Below, one piece after another: positions 12,774 through 25,517 of a DNA stretch of 64,000 nt. The notes under the pieces were generated by a model. The model ran no database searches. It was not told where the DNA came from and saw only the letters and a program-made list of their open reading frames with translations. Both the position numbers and the translations under genes were made by a program. The number at the start of each line of letters is the position of its first letter. The first letter of the stretch is position 1. Source of the stretch: the human T2T-CHM13v2.0 reference genome, Homo sapiens; NCBI RefSeq assembly GCF_009914755.1, contig NC_060942.1; one strand, given 5' to 3'.

Positions 12774-13153
12774 TGTGTTAGTCTGTTTTCCTACTGCTAC
12801 AAAGAACTACCTGAGACCAGGTAATTTATGAGGAAAAGAGATTTAATTGACTCACAGTTCCAAAGGCTGCATAGGAGGCATGGCTGGGGAAGCGTCAGGA
12901 AACTTACAATCATGGCAGAAGGTGGAGGGTAAGCAAGCACATCTTCACATGGCAGCAGACAGAGAGAGAAGGGGGGAAGTGCTACACACTTTCAAACAAC
13001 CAGATCTCGTGAGAACTCACTCACTATCATGAGAATATCAACGGAGAAATCCGCCCCCATGATCTAATCGCCTCCCACCAGTTCCCTCCCCCAAGACTGG
13101 GGATTGCAATTCAACATGAGATTTCCCTGAGGACACAGAGCCAAACCACATCA
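12774..13153 (-). mobile_element. THE1D/MSTA-type MaLR solo LTR
   Basis: 'tgtgttagtctgtttt...aaacaaccagatctcgtgagaactcactcactatc...ccaaaccacatca'; 380 bp. Confidence 0.92.
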
Positions 13154-13838
13154 AGGCGGTCGGAAGCATCCTAAACTAAGGGAGTGACGAAGTGAATAAC
13201 TAGTATGTGGTAATACAGGGTGACCACCTAGATGAGTTGCAGCTAAAGATGAAGATGAGCATGATTCCCATGTTTCTGGTATGTGTTACTCCATGAGTGA
13301 CAGGTTTGCACTTGTTTGTTGATAATTTTTGCAAAAAACTGTGTAACTATATTATCATTGCAGTAATAAAGGAGGAAGGAATTGCCTCTCTAGGCTTCAA
13401 AGGAATAGGTGAGCTTCAAACTGGGACTTACAAAATGGGTAGAATTGGGACATCCAGTGATGCGAGAGGAACAAGGAAGAAGACAGGAGAAAACAACAGT
13501 GTAGGGGAGACAAATTTGTCAAAGATTTATTTCTTAGTAGGTTTAGAGTAGATTTATTCAAACATACTTTGAATCACAATGTACATATTTACCTAAACTT
13601 ATTAGTACTTCTTTAAATATAAACTATAATAAGGTTTGTCAAAGGAATGCTGCATATTAAAAAAGTACCATAAAAAGTAAAAAAAAGCACCATGTGTGGT
13701 TTTGCTGGCTCATGTAACTGCAGTTAGTGAATTTCCATTTATTTCAGAATTGTGATGACCAAGTTCCAGTTCATATCTAAAATCATATTAAAACAGAGTT
13801 TCTTCTTAATCAATCAAGCTAGTTGTCTATCTATTAAT

Positions 13839-13873
<35 letters not shown>
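13839..13873. repeat. (ATCA)n microsatellite
   Basis: About 8 perfect ATCA units. Confidence 0.95.
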
Positions 13874-13874
<1 letters not shown>

Positions 13875-14049
13875 TCTGTCTACCAATCCATCTATATCGC
13901 TGATGCTCTTCGGTGTAGATCCTTGAAAGTATTGGTGAATAAATCTGAGTACAGCCTTGTGAATTCTATTTGTGTCTTTAACACCAGCAACAGTACTAGA
14001 CCTTATAGTGGCCACCTATTAGGAGTCAAAGACTGTTGTTGGCTCTACG

Positions 14050-14225
14050 TAACATTATTCCTGATCCTCCCCAAATCCTTGAAAACTTGATATTATTCTC
14101 ATTTGAACAGAGGAGAAATCAAGGCTCAGAAAGATTGTTACTTGTTAGTAGGCATTGAAGTTGGACTTCAAATCCTGATTTTCCCAAACCAAAATTCTGG
14201 TCTTTTTGTTTTCTATTACATTGTC
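14050..14225 (-). mobile_element. MIR fragment
   Basis: 'tattattctcatttgaacagaggagaaatcaaggctcagaaag' MIR core. Confidence 0.6.
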
Positions 14226-16020
14226 TCTATATTGGTAAGCTGCCACATACGTTCACTATGCTGAAATTGGAATAGATTTGTCACTAAAAATGTGAATCTG
14301 AAATTATTTTATGATTCTATAATATTTTCTGGTTTTGAAAAAGAACATTCTGTTAAAGAATAAAGCATATGTAGTTTTTTCATATTTCTCTTTCCCAAGG
14401 CAGAAGGAGACTATGCGTCTGGTAAGACAGGAAAAAAATCAAAAAAAGGGAAAGGAATGGAGAACAGAGGCAATGCAGACATTGCCTCTATCTGCTCTTA
14501 ACTATTCCAGCTAACAGATTTAGCTCCAAACTTTGATTTTAAGCTTTATGCTGTGTTATGTGAAAGAAGCTGTGCTTCTTCTTATTTATGTTTCTAAAAG
14601 AGTGGAATATTTGGTTATTTTAAGAATTGACAGAAATTTGATAGCATCCATGATGAACATTCTTAAAGGAGCAGAGAGACCAAAAATACATGCTTTTAGC
14701 AGATTTGGGGCCTTCATTTTGTCTTAGGCTACAAATTCAACAATTCAACTGAACTGTTCTGAATTCTAGGCTCTATTTTTGAGTTAGACTATCATCTGGA
14801 AATCATCTGTTCTAAACTATACAAAGGAACCCATTTTAAACATAATTTAGTTTCAGTGTATAATTTCAGTACCAGCTTACAAAAATTTGTTAAAACTTGA
14901 ATAGTAGAATATTGAATTGTGCTCCCTTTTTCTAATAAAAATAGGTATAGGTCCAATACTTTTTGTTTATTACAATAAGACTGCTGCAAATGCTATTGTA
15001 TGGCAGTGGCAAAAGGGAGTTAATTATTTGCAATTTTGATAAATTTTCCCCATGATCTTTTTGACATTACTTGCATGACAGAAACTACTTGAGGCATGTT
15101 ATTGAGTTGCAATGTTCATTTCTTGTATCACCCTGAGGAAGGTGAGAGAAGTGGGCAAGAGCTGCTATCAGAGGACAGATAGTTTAGAATGTGAGCTGAG
15201 GTCCTAACCAGGGAGCTAAAAGAGCAAAAACGTTTTCTTCTGGATTCCTTCTCTACTGACATTTAAACAACTTGCATATACCCCGTATCAAGTGAATATA
15301 TATATATGTGTTTGTATATATATAATGTTGTTTCATTGGGTCACTTTGCCTAAAATATTAAAGTAAAAAAATAAAATACAACAGAACAAACAGAACAAGC
15401 ATCCCCATACCACCCATCAAATTTATTTGCAAAATTTTCATCACATTCCAAATGTGTGTTTTATTTAAAGTTTGATGTTGCTAAATTTTTTTACTGACAC
15501 TTTCCTGCAACTATTTTTTATAAGTGAGACTCTTGTCTTTATGTAAAGAGGAGCAATAAAAAGATGAGCCGACATATGCACACACTTATTGTGACAGGGA
15601 CCTGATGAGGAGGCTCATTCTGAACAGACTGTAAGTCAAAGAGACAGCATGGAAATAGCAAGAGACCTTCAGAATTCGTAGTTTTGATGGAAGGAGCTAG
15701 CAAAGCCATAGGAAAATTGCTAATGTGTCTTTACAAAGTTATTGGGATAGTTTAAATTAGTTGGAAAGTTTCTGATACTTGGGGACAAGTCCTTTGTATT
15801 TAAAAGTCCGTATGTTAAACTCAACAGGGAAAATTTTGCAAAGCTGGTAATCTGTGTTGTTTTGGGAAATAATGAAGTTGAAAAAACTTCCCTCTCTACT
15901 ACTTCAAACCCTTTGGTATTACCTTTACGAAACACCCATGCAAATTTCTGTAAATTTGACTGATATTAAATTTGTTTGATTTCTGTTAATTTGTTTGATA
16001 TTAAGATTATTAATTTCTTT

Positions 16021-16057
16021 ATGTAAAATGCTTCATGAGTTTGCATGCCATTCTTGC
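16021..16057 (-). pseudogene. Degenerate U6 snRNA 3' fragment
   Basis: ATGTAAAATGCTTCATGAGTTTGCATGCCATTCTTGC aligns without gaps to the U6 3'-end reverse complement (ATATGGAACGCTTCACGAATTTGCGTGTCATCCTTGC) at 28/37; all 9 mismatches are transitions, 3 at CpGs. Confidence 0.65.
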
Positions 16058-17932
16058 CCCAAAGTGAAGCATATATCGCCTAGTAAACACACATAGAAAT
16101 TATTTCATTTCTTACACAATGATGAGAAAGAATCTTCAACTGCCTAAAATACATTTGTCCAACATAGTATGATATGAGAGAGATCAAAAGAAAGGGATTT
16201 AAAGATAGCAAAAAGTTTTGGTGTCAAAAATTTGAAAATAGTGACTATTTCCTGATAGTAGATCCAATTTGTCTTTATTGAAATGACAACTAGACACTTG
16301 TATAGGGCAAAGAGACAGACGACAGCAAATTTAAAAATTTGCCATTGGTGCCAGTGTAGCTTTTATATGCAGAGATAAAAAGAATATTGCTCAGGTGGAA
16401 TTGATGTCATGAGCTGTGGGATGCACATGTTAATTATGGCTGAAGTTGAAGTGAGATCATAATGAAGAATTGATTTGAAATAGCTTAAATTTGACAAGTA
16501 AATATCTGGGACAGAATGGTAATAAGTATATATTTGCTTTTGACCTTGGATTGAGTTTGATGGCAAATAAAGCCCCAAAAATTTAAAGGAGAGAGAAATG
16601 AAGGCAAAGAAAGCATCAGATGAAGATTGGGAGAATGGAGAGTAAGAGCAAAAAGCCTACAGAGTAGATTTCTGGAACACAAGGTAAATAGAAAAAGGTG
16701 GCAAAAGTAACAAAAAAAAGGGGGGGAGCTCTAGATTTTTATTCCCTTTGGTCTCCCTTTCTTCTTTCTCTTTTTCTATTTCTTGATACAGTTAATATTC
16801 TTTTCACTAACTCTGTTGTGGTGGCCTGAGAGAGGCTGGTAGGATTTGCCCGCCTGAAACTATTGATGCATAATACATTATAAGGAATAATATGCTTACT
16901 GTCCTTTGAGCCTTGACTTTCATTATCAGTGGAGTACTTTGATAGCATTAAGCTTCTTGATAGACATTCAGGAACGTGCATACTCTATGCATGGTTGTAT
17001 ATATCTCTTTGTATATTTACAAAGGTTGCTAAGCTCCCAGCTCCTAACCACAGACATAATCCTATAAAATAGTTATATTTCTTTCTGTTTAAAAGTTTTA
17101 TCAAGCTAGATTTACCATCCTATCAATTAGCCAAATGAAATATATGTAATTATATGGCACAAATGAAGAATTTGAATTATATAAACTAAGTTAAAACTAT
17201 CTGCTTCTCTTTATTCTTTACATACAAATGAGGATATGTATTTTTCAAAGAATAATACTAGAATAATACCTTTGTCTGCTAAATATATAACATTTTCATA
17301 CTAATGGTAGGATCAAGTGCTGTCCATGAGAAGTTGATTACCTCAGACATGATAGTCAATTAGGAAATATCCAAATGTTAGAAAAGAGACTGCCAAAATG
17401 GATGAAATTTTGTAGAAATGATATAAAAAGAAATCAGAGACTGTCATAAATTGGAATAATGCAAAGTCAGCAATAAGAAATCAGTAAGTTAAAGTAAATC
17501 GAAGATAAAATAATTTAAATGAACCAAAATTGGGTCATCAAAATTGTATAATTTTTTATGGTGAATAAAAATCAGCTTTCTCATCACATACATCATGAAT
17601 TCATTAAAGAAACATGCTTCAAGTGGTTTGATTTATGCTGATAGCTTTGTGTTTATCTACCTACACTTTTGCACGTTGCTTTTAAAAATTTCTGCATATA
17701 TTTTTATGCTGATTGGCTTGGGTATGGGCTGCAGCTGTAGTTAAAGAATGAAGTAAGGGAAATATTCCCTAATGGACAGAAACTCTGTCCTTGACTCTTG
17801 GTAAACTAGTCACATTTGCTTATCACAGCTAGTTAAAGGATCAAGTTATTGAAAATCAAATCCCAGTATGGGGCATCTGGAACCTACCTTCTAGGAAGCT
17901 AATAACCAAGAAAAACAGATGATTTAAAGTAA

Positions 17933-18234
17933 AAAACCATCATTCTCAGCAAACTATCACAAGGAAAAAAAAACAAACACCGCATATTCTCACTCATAGG
18001 TGGGAACTGAACAATGAGAACACATGGACACAGGAAGGGGAACATCACACACCAGGGCCTGTTGTGGGGTGGCGGGGAGAGGGGAGGGATAGCATTAGGA
18101 GATATACCTAATGTTAAAGGATGAGTTGACGGGTGTAGCACACCAACATGGCACATGTGTACATATGTAACTAACCTGCACATTGTGTACATGTACCCTA
18201 AAACTTAAAGTATAATAAAAAAGAAAAGAAAAAT
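17933..18234 (+). mobile_element. 5'-truncated L1PA 3' end
   Basis: Canonical L1PA 3' UTR 'ttctcactcataggtgggaa...taccctaaaacttaaagtataataaaaaa' with G-rich tract 18064-18089 and A tail. Confidence 0.95.
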
Positions 18235-18832
18235 AATATTATTTATGAATCTGTTCTTTTATTCATTTCTTTTTTTTTCATTTGTGTATTTTCACAATTT
18301 TGATGATGTCCTTTTACTGATGGTGTTTGGCTGTTTTAACTGGAGAGTCATAAAGTAAAAATTACAGTTTGCTTCTAGATTTAGTAACAAAAGAAATTTA
18401 AAGTGCTTCATGGATGCTCAATTTAACATTTTCCTCTTCTGCAGCTGCACTGAAAGGTGCCAACTATCAGATAGTCCAATAATGGTTACTATCTGAATAA
18501 GGGTGGAATAAACTTTTATTTTACAGTCTTATGTGTTTTTGAATTTTTTTTTAATCCAAGCTAATGTGGTCCTTGGTCCTACTCTCTATTGAAAGAGACT
18601 CTGCCATTATCTACTCATGGGTCAACCACTGAATTGAGGAATTTAGCTTCATTTTATAGAATCCTCAGTAGGAATTAAATGGCAATAATACAGTTTCTTA
18701 AATAGAAACTGGCATTCAGAAAAATTGATTAATTTATGAAAGTCAGTTATAGAACTTCAGTCTCCATGCATATTTTCAGACCTGGACTCAAGATATTGAA
18801 TATCATCAACGTTGGAGGGTATCTACTTAGTA

Positions 18833-19348
18833 CAGTGGTGCCCAACCTTTTTGGCACAAGGATTTTGTGGAAGATAATTTTTCCATGAACCAGGCATGGT
18901 GGGGGGTGGTTTCAGGATGATTCAAGTGCATTACATTTAATGTGTACTTTATTTCTATTATTATTACATTGTAATATATAATGAATTATATATAATGAAT
19001 TATACAAGTCACCATAATGTAGAATCAGTGGGAGCACTGAGCTCGTTTTCATGCAAGTAGATGGTCCCATCTGGGGGTGATGGGAGACAGTGACAGATCA
19101 TCAGGCATTAGATTCTCATAACGAGCAGGCAACCTAGATCCCTCGCATGCGCAGTTCACAATAGGGTTCACACCTCTGTGAGAATCTAATGCCACTGCTG
19201 ATCTCACAGGAGGCAGAGCTAAGGTGATAATGTGAACGATAGGGAGAAGCTGTAAATACAGATGAAGCTTCGCCTGCTAGCCTACTGCTCACCTCCTGTT
19301 GTGCGGCCTGGAACCCTTGGTTCCCCCACTAGAGGCTGGGGAGCCCTG
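18833..19348. mobile_element. MER1A (hAT-Charlie3 derivative)
   Basis: TIR-like ends 'cagtggtgcccaacc' and 'ggctggggagccctg'; ~515 bp; internal 'ggcattagattctcat...gagaatctaatgcc' inverted motif. Confidence 0.9.
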
Positions 19349-19402
19349 ATGTGGTATATACGCTCCAATTTCCCTTAGATATAGTCTTGATGTGAAATAA
19401 AA

Positions 19403-19566
19403 TAGTGCTTTTCAAAAGACGATGTAAATCCTCATCCCTAGAAATCTTGTTGGAAAGCAGATTTGGATTCAGTAAGTCTGGGGTGGGGCCTCTAATTCTG
19501 CATTTCTAACAAACTCCCCGGTGATGGCTGACGCTCCAAGTCTGAGGTCCACCCTTCATATAGCAA
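19403..19566. mobile_element. MER5A-type MITE
   Basis: 'gattcagtaagtctggggtggggcc...ctgcatttctaacaaactcccc' diagnostic MER5A text. Confidence 0.85.
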
Positions 19567-22229
19567 AAGAATAAAGGTATCAGTTTGATTGTTCTAATGG
19601 AAAAAAAAAAAACAGAAAAAGTCATCCAAAATTCACTGATAAGTGGTTTTAGAGTATTCTTTTGTACTTATTTATGAGTTTATATTACACCTTGAAAATT
19701 TAGAGCACTCTAATTGAAACATTCAAGGAACAACCACAAAGGTTTCGAAACCCTAGAATGTGCCAATAATTATCCATATGTTCCTCCTGATCATTGCAAT
19801 TTTTTCTTTTTCTTTTTATTTTTTTGAGGAACAACACAATCATTTTACGTGCTGGTTCTTGAATATGTAGAATTGACTTATTTTTCTCTTGGAATCTTAT
19901 TTGTCTGGTTTCCGTTTTATTATAAATTTTAAGTTCCTGTCTTTGGGAAGGGTTAGTTGGATTATTTATACTTTATAAATTTTCTTGCTGTACTTAGTGT
20001 TAAAGATGATGGATGGATTCCCAAGATGAAACAGAAAGATTATTTTGTCCATATGAAATTGAACTACATAAAATGATTCCAGGCTATGAGAGCAAGGAGT
20101 TTTGTAGAAGAGGAGGTAGAAAAGGGGAGGAGTTGCTGCTTTCCTCCTGGGTCCAAAGCCAAACCTTGATGAAATTTTGAAATGACAAATTATACTTTTG
20201 GCTCTGAGTCATTTTCAAATATTCATCTGTCTTTCAATTTTAGTCCTTTCCCCATGAGCCCTAATGTTTTCTGTATTCTAATCACCTAAGCCTTTATCAA
20301 AATAGGTGATGTCCAAGACAATGCAAGATGCACAGATTGTACAGTGCACACCTCCCAGGGATACCATGTCCTGGAATTGAACAACATGCATCAGATATTT
20401 GTTCCAATGAAGAGTCTTGGACCCATTGCAAACCTAATGATTTAGAATTGTAAGATGAAGCCAAAAGCTTTGCATTTCTAAAAATTGTAGAATTTGATGT
20501 TATGTATACTAGCCGACATTTTGCACTCTATAGAGGTCTGCTCCACTGAACATAATAGCTCTCCTGCAGCTCCCAAAATTAAAAATCAAACTTCCCTGAC
20601 ATAGCATGATGAGGTATAGGTGAAGTGACAGATCTACAATATTATCAAAAATATTTGAATTCTAAGAGATAATTATTGTTAACTAAAATGCAACTCTATT
20701 TGGCAGAATTTTAGGCATTATGACAAATGGAAGGGATTTCCAAAAGAAGTGTATTTAGGAAGAAGAGAGATATGTTGGGGGCAGGTAGAACCACATAGAC
20801 AGGATATTTATAACCGAGATTTTTCCCTTGGAGTAAAATCTTCAAAGATGTTTCTCAAAAGAGAAACAACTTCCTCTTTTCCTTATGAACCCAAAGATTC
20901 CCTAAAGAGATAAAAGTCCCCCACCCACATACCATTGTGTATAGTTATTTTTGCAGTGATAAGAAAGGCTCTATGGGTGATAGAGATTTAGGGACAGAAG
21001 CAGCCACTTTTTCTGTGTGTGGATGATTTGTAAGTCATGTAAGGGGCCATTTGGTTTTATGACATTACTGACTAAATCAGGGTTGGGGGAGGATGTAGCA
21101 ATTCTTTTGCTCCACAAACATCTACTTCTGCGTTCTTTTAGTGGATTAAGTCAATCAAATATTTGTTGGAAATAACAGCATAATGTGGTTAATAACAGTT
21201 TTCTGTGTGTTTTTTCTTTCTTTTTATTTTCAGAGTCTATTGGTACGCGTTTAGATCTACTATGTAAAATACGCTCATGGTTAATTGAGAATGATTCATG
21301 TTTATAACCTTATAATAGGGAGAGGACAGGTCTGAAGTTGACAGGAAAAGTCACAGACTAAAGCCCGACTTTGATTCTGGCTAGGGTGCCACACAGATAT
21401 TCTCCTTTTAGCCTATTCATTTCCTCCTCCCACTCTTAGTCTGTGAAATGGTGAAGTAATAACTACTGTGCAGCAATGTTCTCTGGGAGTAATCAATGTT
21501 TTTCCAAAGATGAAAAATAGTTTGTACGTGGAATGAACAGTATTGCTACTTTAATTTTAACCACATGCTGTCTATAAAATAGGTCATTAGGCAATTAAAA
21601 AAACTTAGAAGTGGAATATGATAAGATGCAGTAAAAAGGTGGTATTTTACAGACACGGTGAGATTAGAAGTTGATTGTCTGAGATAGTAAGGATCCTCAC
21701 AGGTTTGAAAAAATCAGCATGAGCTTTGGGTGTTTGATTTTATGAGAACAAATCTTGCCATTTCCTGAGAACGGAGCATGAGAACCACTGAGCTCATTGA
21801 TATGATCATTGATCATGGAACTCTGTGGATGGAAGGGACTCCAGAGGGAGGAGGAAAGAAAAGGTGAGAATCAAATTGCCTGCTTCTTTCCAAAAGACAT
21901 CAAGCATCCAAGGTTCCCGAGTTCTCCAGCTGACTCACATTTTGCCATAAGATGTGGCCTGTAAAGCGAGACCCAGAAATCCCAGAGGGAAAAGGCAAAT
22001 GTTACCTTAAGTCTTCCATACCTTCCTTAACACACACAAAAAAGGTCCTTTAAGATCTAGAGTGATATATCTTAGGAAAATTTCTTAGAAAAATAATATT
22101 TGCATTAAACCCTCCTTGATGTAAGCCCTCACTGGTTCTTGGGGATAATTTGTGGGCAGAGGTTGGATTTTAGAAAAGGAATAATGACTAAAGTCAATGA
22201 TTTGACTTGGACTTTGTTTTCCAATATAT

Positions 22230-22401
22230 TTGGCTATTTAAATAAAAATTAATTAAATTTAAAGAAAATTAAAAATACAGTTTCTTAGTAATTCTGGCAT
22301 ATTTCAAGTGCTCAATAGCTACGCGTGGCTAATGGCTACTGTGTCAAATGTACAGATGTAGAACCTTTTCATTACGCAGAAGGTTCTGTTGGCCAGCATT
22401 G
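22230..22401. mobile_element. MER3/MER33-type hAT-Charlie MITE
   Basis: 'catatttcaagtgctcaatagctacgcgtggctaatggctact...gttctgttggccagcattg'. Confidence 0.8.
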
Positions 22402-22947
22402 GACTGGACTTTTATGACCCCAGTTACCTGTAATGAAAGGTCTTTCTACACCCTGCACTAGTTTCAAATCTGAGCTGATGGTCCTGCTTCTCTTTTGAAC
22501 CTCATGTTACAACAGTCTCCACAGAGCCCTCACCTGTCACTTATCTTTTTATCCCTTTGAATGAGAAAGAGTGGAATACAGCAAGTCTATCCTGATCAGG
22601 TAAAATAAAGAACTGGAATGTGCACTGAGATATGGATGCCATGCTCTTTCTTTTACTGGTGTCTGACATATCGTCACCTATGCTCCAAATTTTTGAAATC
22701 TCCATGATCAGCAGTAAGAATCTTCATTTGAAATGGGGATCCAAAAGACTAAGGCTGCTTGCAGTAATCGGGCTCTTCTAATCCATCAGTCTGTTATACA
22801 GGCAGGTAAGTAAGTAAGTGCTGCTATTTATTCATTCCATGAACAACCATTTGTCTAGCAACATTCAGGCACAATGGAGAAGAACACCAGATTTTATCTT
22901 TGTTTTAAAGTGGTTTATTTGAGTCTAAGAGCAGTGACCTACTGTAG

Positions 22948-22974
22948 AAAAAAAAAAAAAAAAAAAAAAAAAAA
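22948..22974 (+). repeat. Poly(A)27 tract
   Basis: Uninterrupted A run with no adjacent Alu or L1 body. Confidence 0.95.
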
Positions 22975-23275
22975 CCTAGCCTTGGCTTCCAGATAAATGT
23001 AGCTATGTGTTTCAGCTCTTTTATTTTGGAAAAGAAAAGAGCATCTGCCCCAAACCATCAGGGCTCCTTTCTGGTGTAATTAATGGTAACGAGTTGTCAA
23101 TGGAAAAGTTAAACTCTTTGAAATATATAAAGAGGCTTCTTCCGAGCCAATATGAGTGACGATGGCCAAGGGAACAGTCTCAAGAGGTCCTGAGAAAGTT
23201 TGCCCAAAGCTGTAGGGTTACGGTTTGGTTTTATACATTTTTGGGAGACAGGAATTGCAGGTAAAACCATAAATA

Positions 23276-23495
23276 GGCTGGGTGTGGTGGTTCACACCTG
23301 TAATCCCAGCACTTTAGGAGGCCAAGGTGGGTGAATCTCTTGAGCTCATGAGTTGGAGACCTGCCTGGAGGTTCAATCACTTGAGCATGGGAGGTGGAAG
23401 TTGCAGTAAGCTGGAATGGCACCACTGCACTCCATCCTGGGTGACAGAGTGAGACCCCATCTCAAGAAACAAAAACAAAAACAAAAACAAAACAA
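23276..23495 (+). mobile_element. AluJ-like element with internal deletion
   Basis: Left monomer runs to 'gacctgcctgg' then jumps to right-monomer 'aatcacttgag'; (CAAAAA)n tail; TSD about CCATAAATA. Confidence 0.9.
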
Positions 23496-24195
23496 ACCCA
23501 TAAATAAATACATAGAAGGTAAACTTTGGTTTAGCCAAAAGAGGGGCAATATCTTGAAATGGGGGGATTATACCTCATAGGTGGAATCATTGATTTCCTA
23601 GTTGACATAAGCTTTGTCTAAACACTTGAAGTCAATAGAAAGAAATGCTTGAGTTAAGATAAGGGGGCTTGTGGAGGCCAAGGTTCTTGTTATGTAGATG
23701 AAGCCTTATAGGTAGCAGCCTTTAGAGAGAATTGATGGCAAATGTCTGTCTTCATAAATTAAAGGTGCCAGGCTCTCCATTAGTCTCTCCTAGATATAGG
23801 TAAAGGCCTAGAAAGGAAAGGCCTGGTTGCATTAATAGAGATTCTGTACAGATGCAAATTTTCCACACAATAGATGGCTTTGCAGGGCCATTTCAATCTG
23901 CTGGACCTATGGGAGCTACTTCAAAATATGTCAAAGAAATACATTTTGAGGTGAAATATTTTGATTTCCTTTAGAGTCTGCTATCTGTCATGTAATACTC
24001 TATCACATGGAAAGAGGTTGGAAAGTAGCCTCATTATAGGTTGGAAAGTAAACCACATTATACCAGGTTAATGAAAATCCATCTAAGGAGATTTTGTTGT
24101 TTGCAGGACATGACTTAACCCTGCCTTCCAAAGCCCTAGATCTTGTTTACAATTTGGCATCTATTGCCACAAAAAGTCTGTTTTGCCAGTCTTAC

Positions 24196-24832
24196 TGAAG
24201 CGGCCTTGTTGTCTGGGGTGACACCCGAGATTTGTTGTCTCACAGCCATGGAGATCAAGGATGCAGACACACAAAGAATGATGTTAAGAGTGGAAATTTA
24301 ATAGACAAAACAGAGAGAATATCTCTCTGCTACAGAGAGGGGTCCTGGAAAAATGGGTTGCCTAAGCACGGCAAAATGCTGGGGGTTTTATAGATGCGCT
24401 AGTCAGGAGGCAGTGTCTTATTTACATACGGCACGAAAAACCTGTTAGGACTAGGTGTGCCATCTGCATAGGGCACAAATCTCTGAGAGCCCCCACCCCG
24501 ATCTTTTATTACGCAGGTGGGTTCTCTGCCTCAACTTCTCTATGTTATCCAGTTCTTTCTTACTGCATATGTGCTAATGGAAAAGGGAAGGTGGGACCCC
24601 ATGGTGGACACACCTGGTCCCCAGGTAGCCCTTTTCTATTGGTGCAGCTGCCAGCATCCCCCCATGCAAGCTTCCAGCTTTCTTATCTATGTTTGCAGCT
24701 CAATCTTTCAGGCTGTTCTTTGTTAGAAAAGAAGTGATCTCTAGGGCTGCCTTTTGTTAGAAGGGAAGTTCTGCTGAGGGCTCTTTTGCACTCATTATCT
24801 GCCTAAATAATTTCTTTCTATCTCCTGTATCA
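24196..24832 (-). mobile_element. LTR9-family ERV1 solo LTR nested in MER4
   Basis: 'tgaagcggccttgttgtctggggtgacacccgag' to 'ctcctgtatca'; 4-bp TSD TTAC/TTAT. Confidence 0.82.
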
Positions 24833-25517
24833 TTATGATATCCATTTTACCTAAGCTCCGAAAGGCAGGGGGTATAATGAGGTGTGTCCAACATCTCATC
24901 CCATCATGGGTGGGAATTCAGTATTTTGGGTTTCTCTGAGGTCCCCTTGGCCAAGAGGGATCTCTTCAGTTGGTTGGAGGAGCTTAGGAATTTTTTGTCA
25001 GTTTACACACTTGAAGGAGACATGTAGAATTTGAGAATAGATATGCAAGAAGGCGATTGTCACCAGGTAGAGGGTGAATGACAGCAAGTTTTGACAGACT
25101 TTTTTTTTTCAGAAACACAAACATTATTTCTTGAGGTATTTGATGACAACCTTAGGATGCTGGGTCTGGCATGTAGTTTAGGATCTTTTCTATTAATAGA
25201 AACAGCAAAAGAGAACATTGAAAGGCAAAGATTTTCCACTATTCAGAATTATTTCTCTATATTTCTTAGGCTTCTAGATAACTAAAAATACAACACATCA
25301 ACTAATTATCCAACTTCAGATCCAATAAGAGAAAACTAATGCTATTCAATTAGAGAGAGAGAGCTTCCGAAATCACTTAGATACCTGTATGATGGGAATA
25401 GATGTCTGTATGAATTTATCATTATTCTGTAAAATGGAAAAAACGACACTCTAGGGCATATGAAGAGCTTTGGTTAAAAAAAGGGATGGATAAAAAAGTG
25501 CTAAGAGTCCAAGGAAG

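Larger units (their letters stand above)
23095..25007 (-). mobile_element. MER4-group ERV1 LTR interrupted by an Alu and an LTR9
   Basis: 'tgtcaatggaaaagttaaactc...gagccaatatgagtgac...gaggtcctgagaa' start and 'gtttaca' end; host sequence resumes across both inserts. Confidence 0.8.

Noticed and set aside
14466-14489. Short hairpins (AGAGGCAATG-caga-CATTGCCTCT; also 18467-18496)
   Set aside because: Stems of 9-10 bp with no supporting context; cannot be separated from chance
18064-18089. G-quadruplex-like tract
   Set aside because: Standard L1PA 3' UTR G-rich tract, not locus-specific
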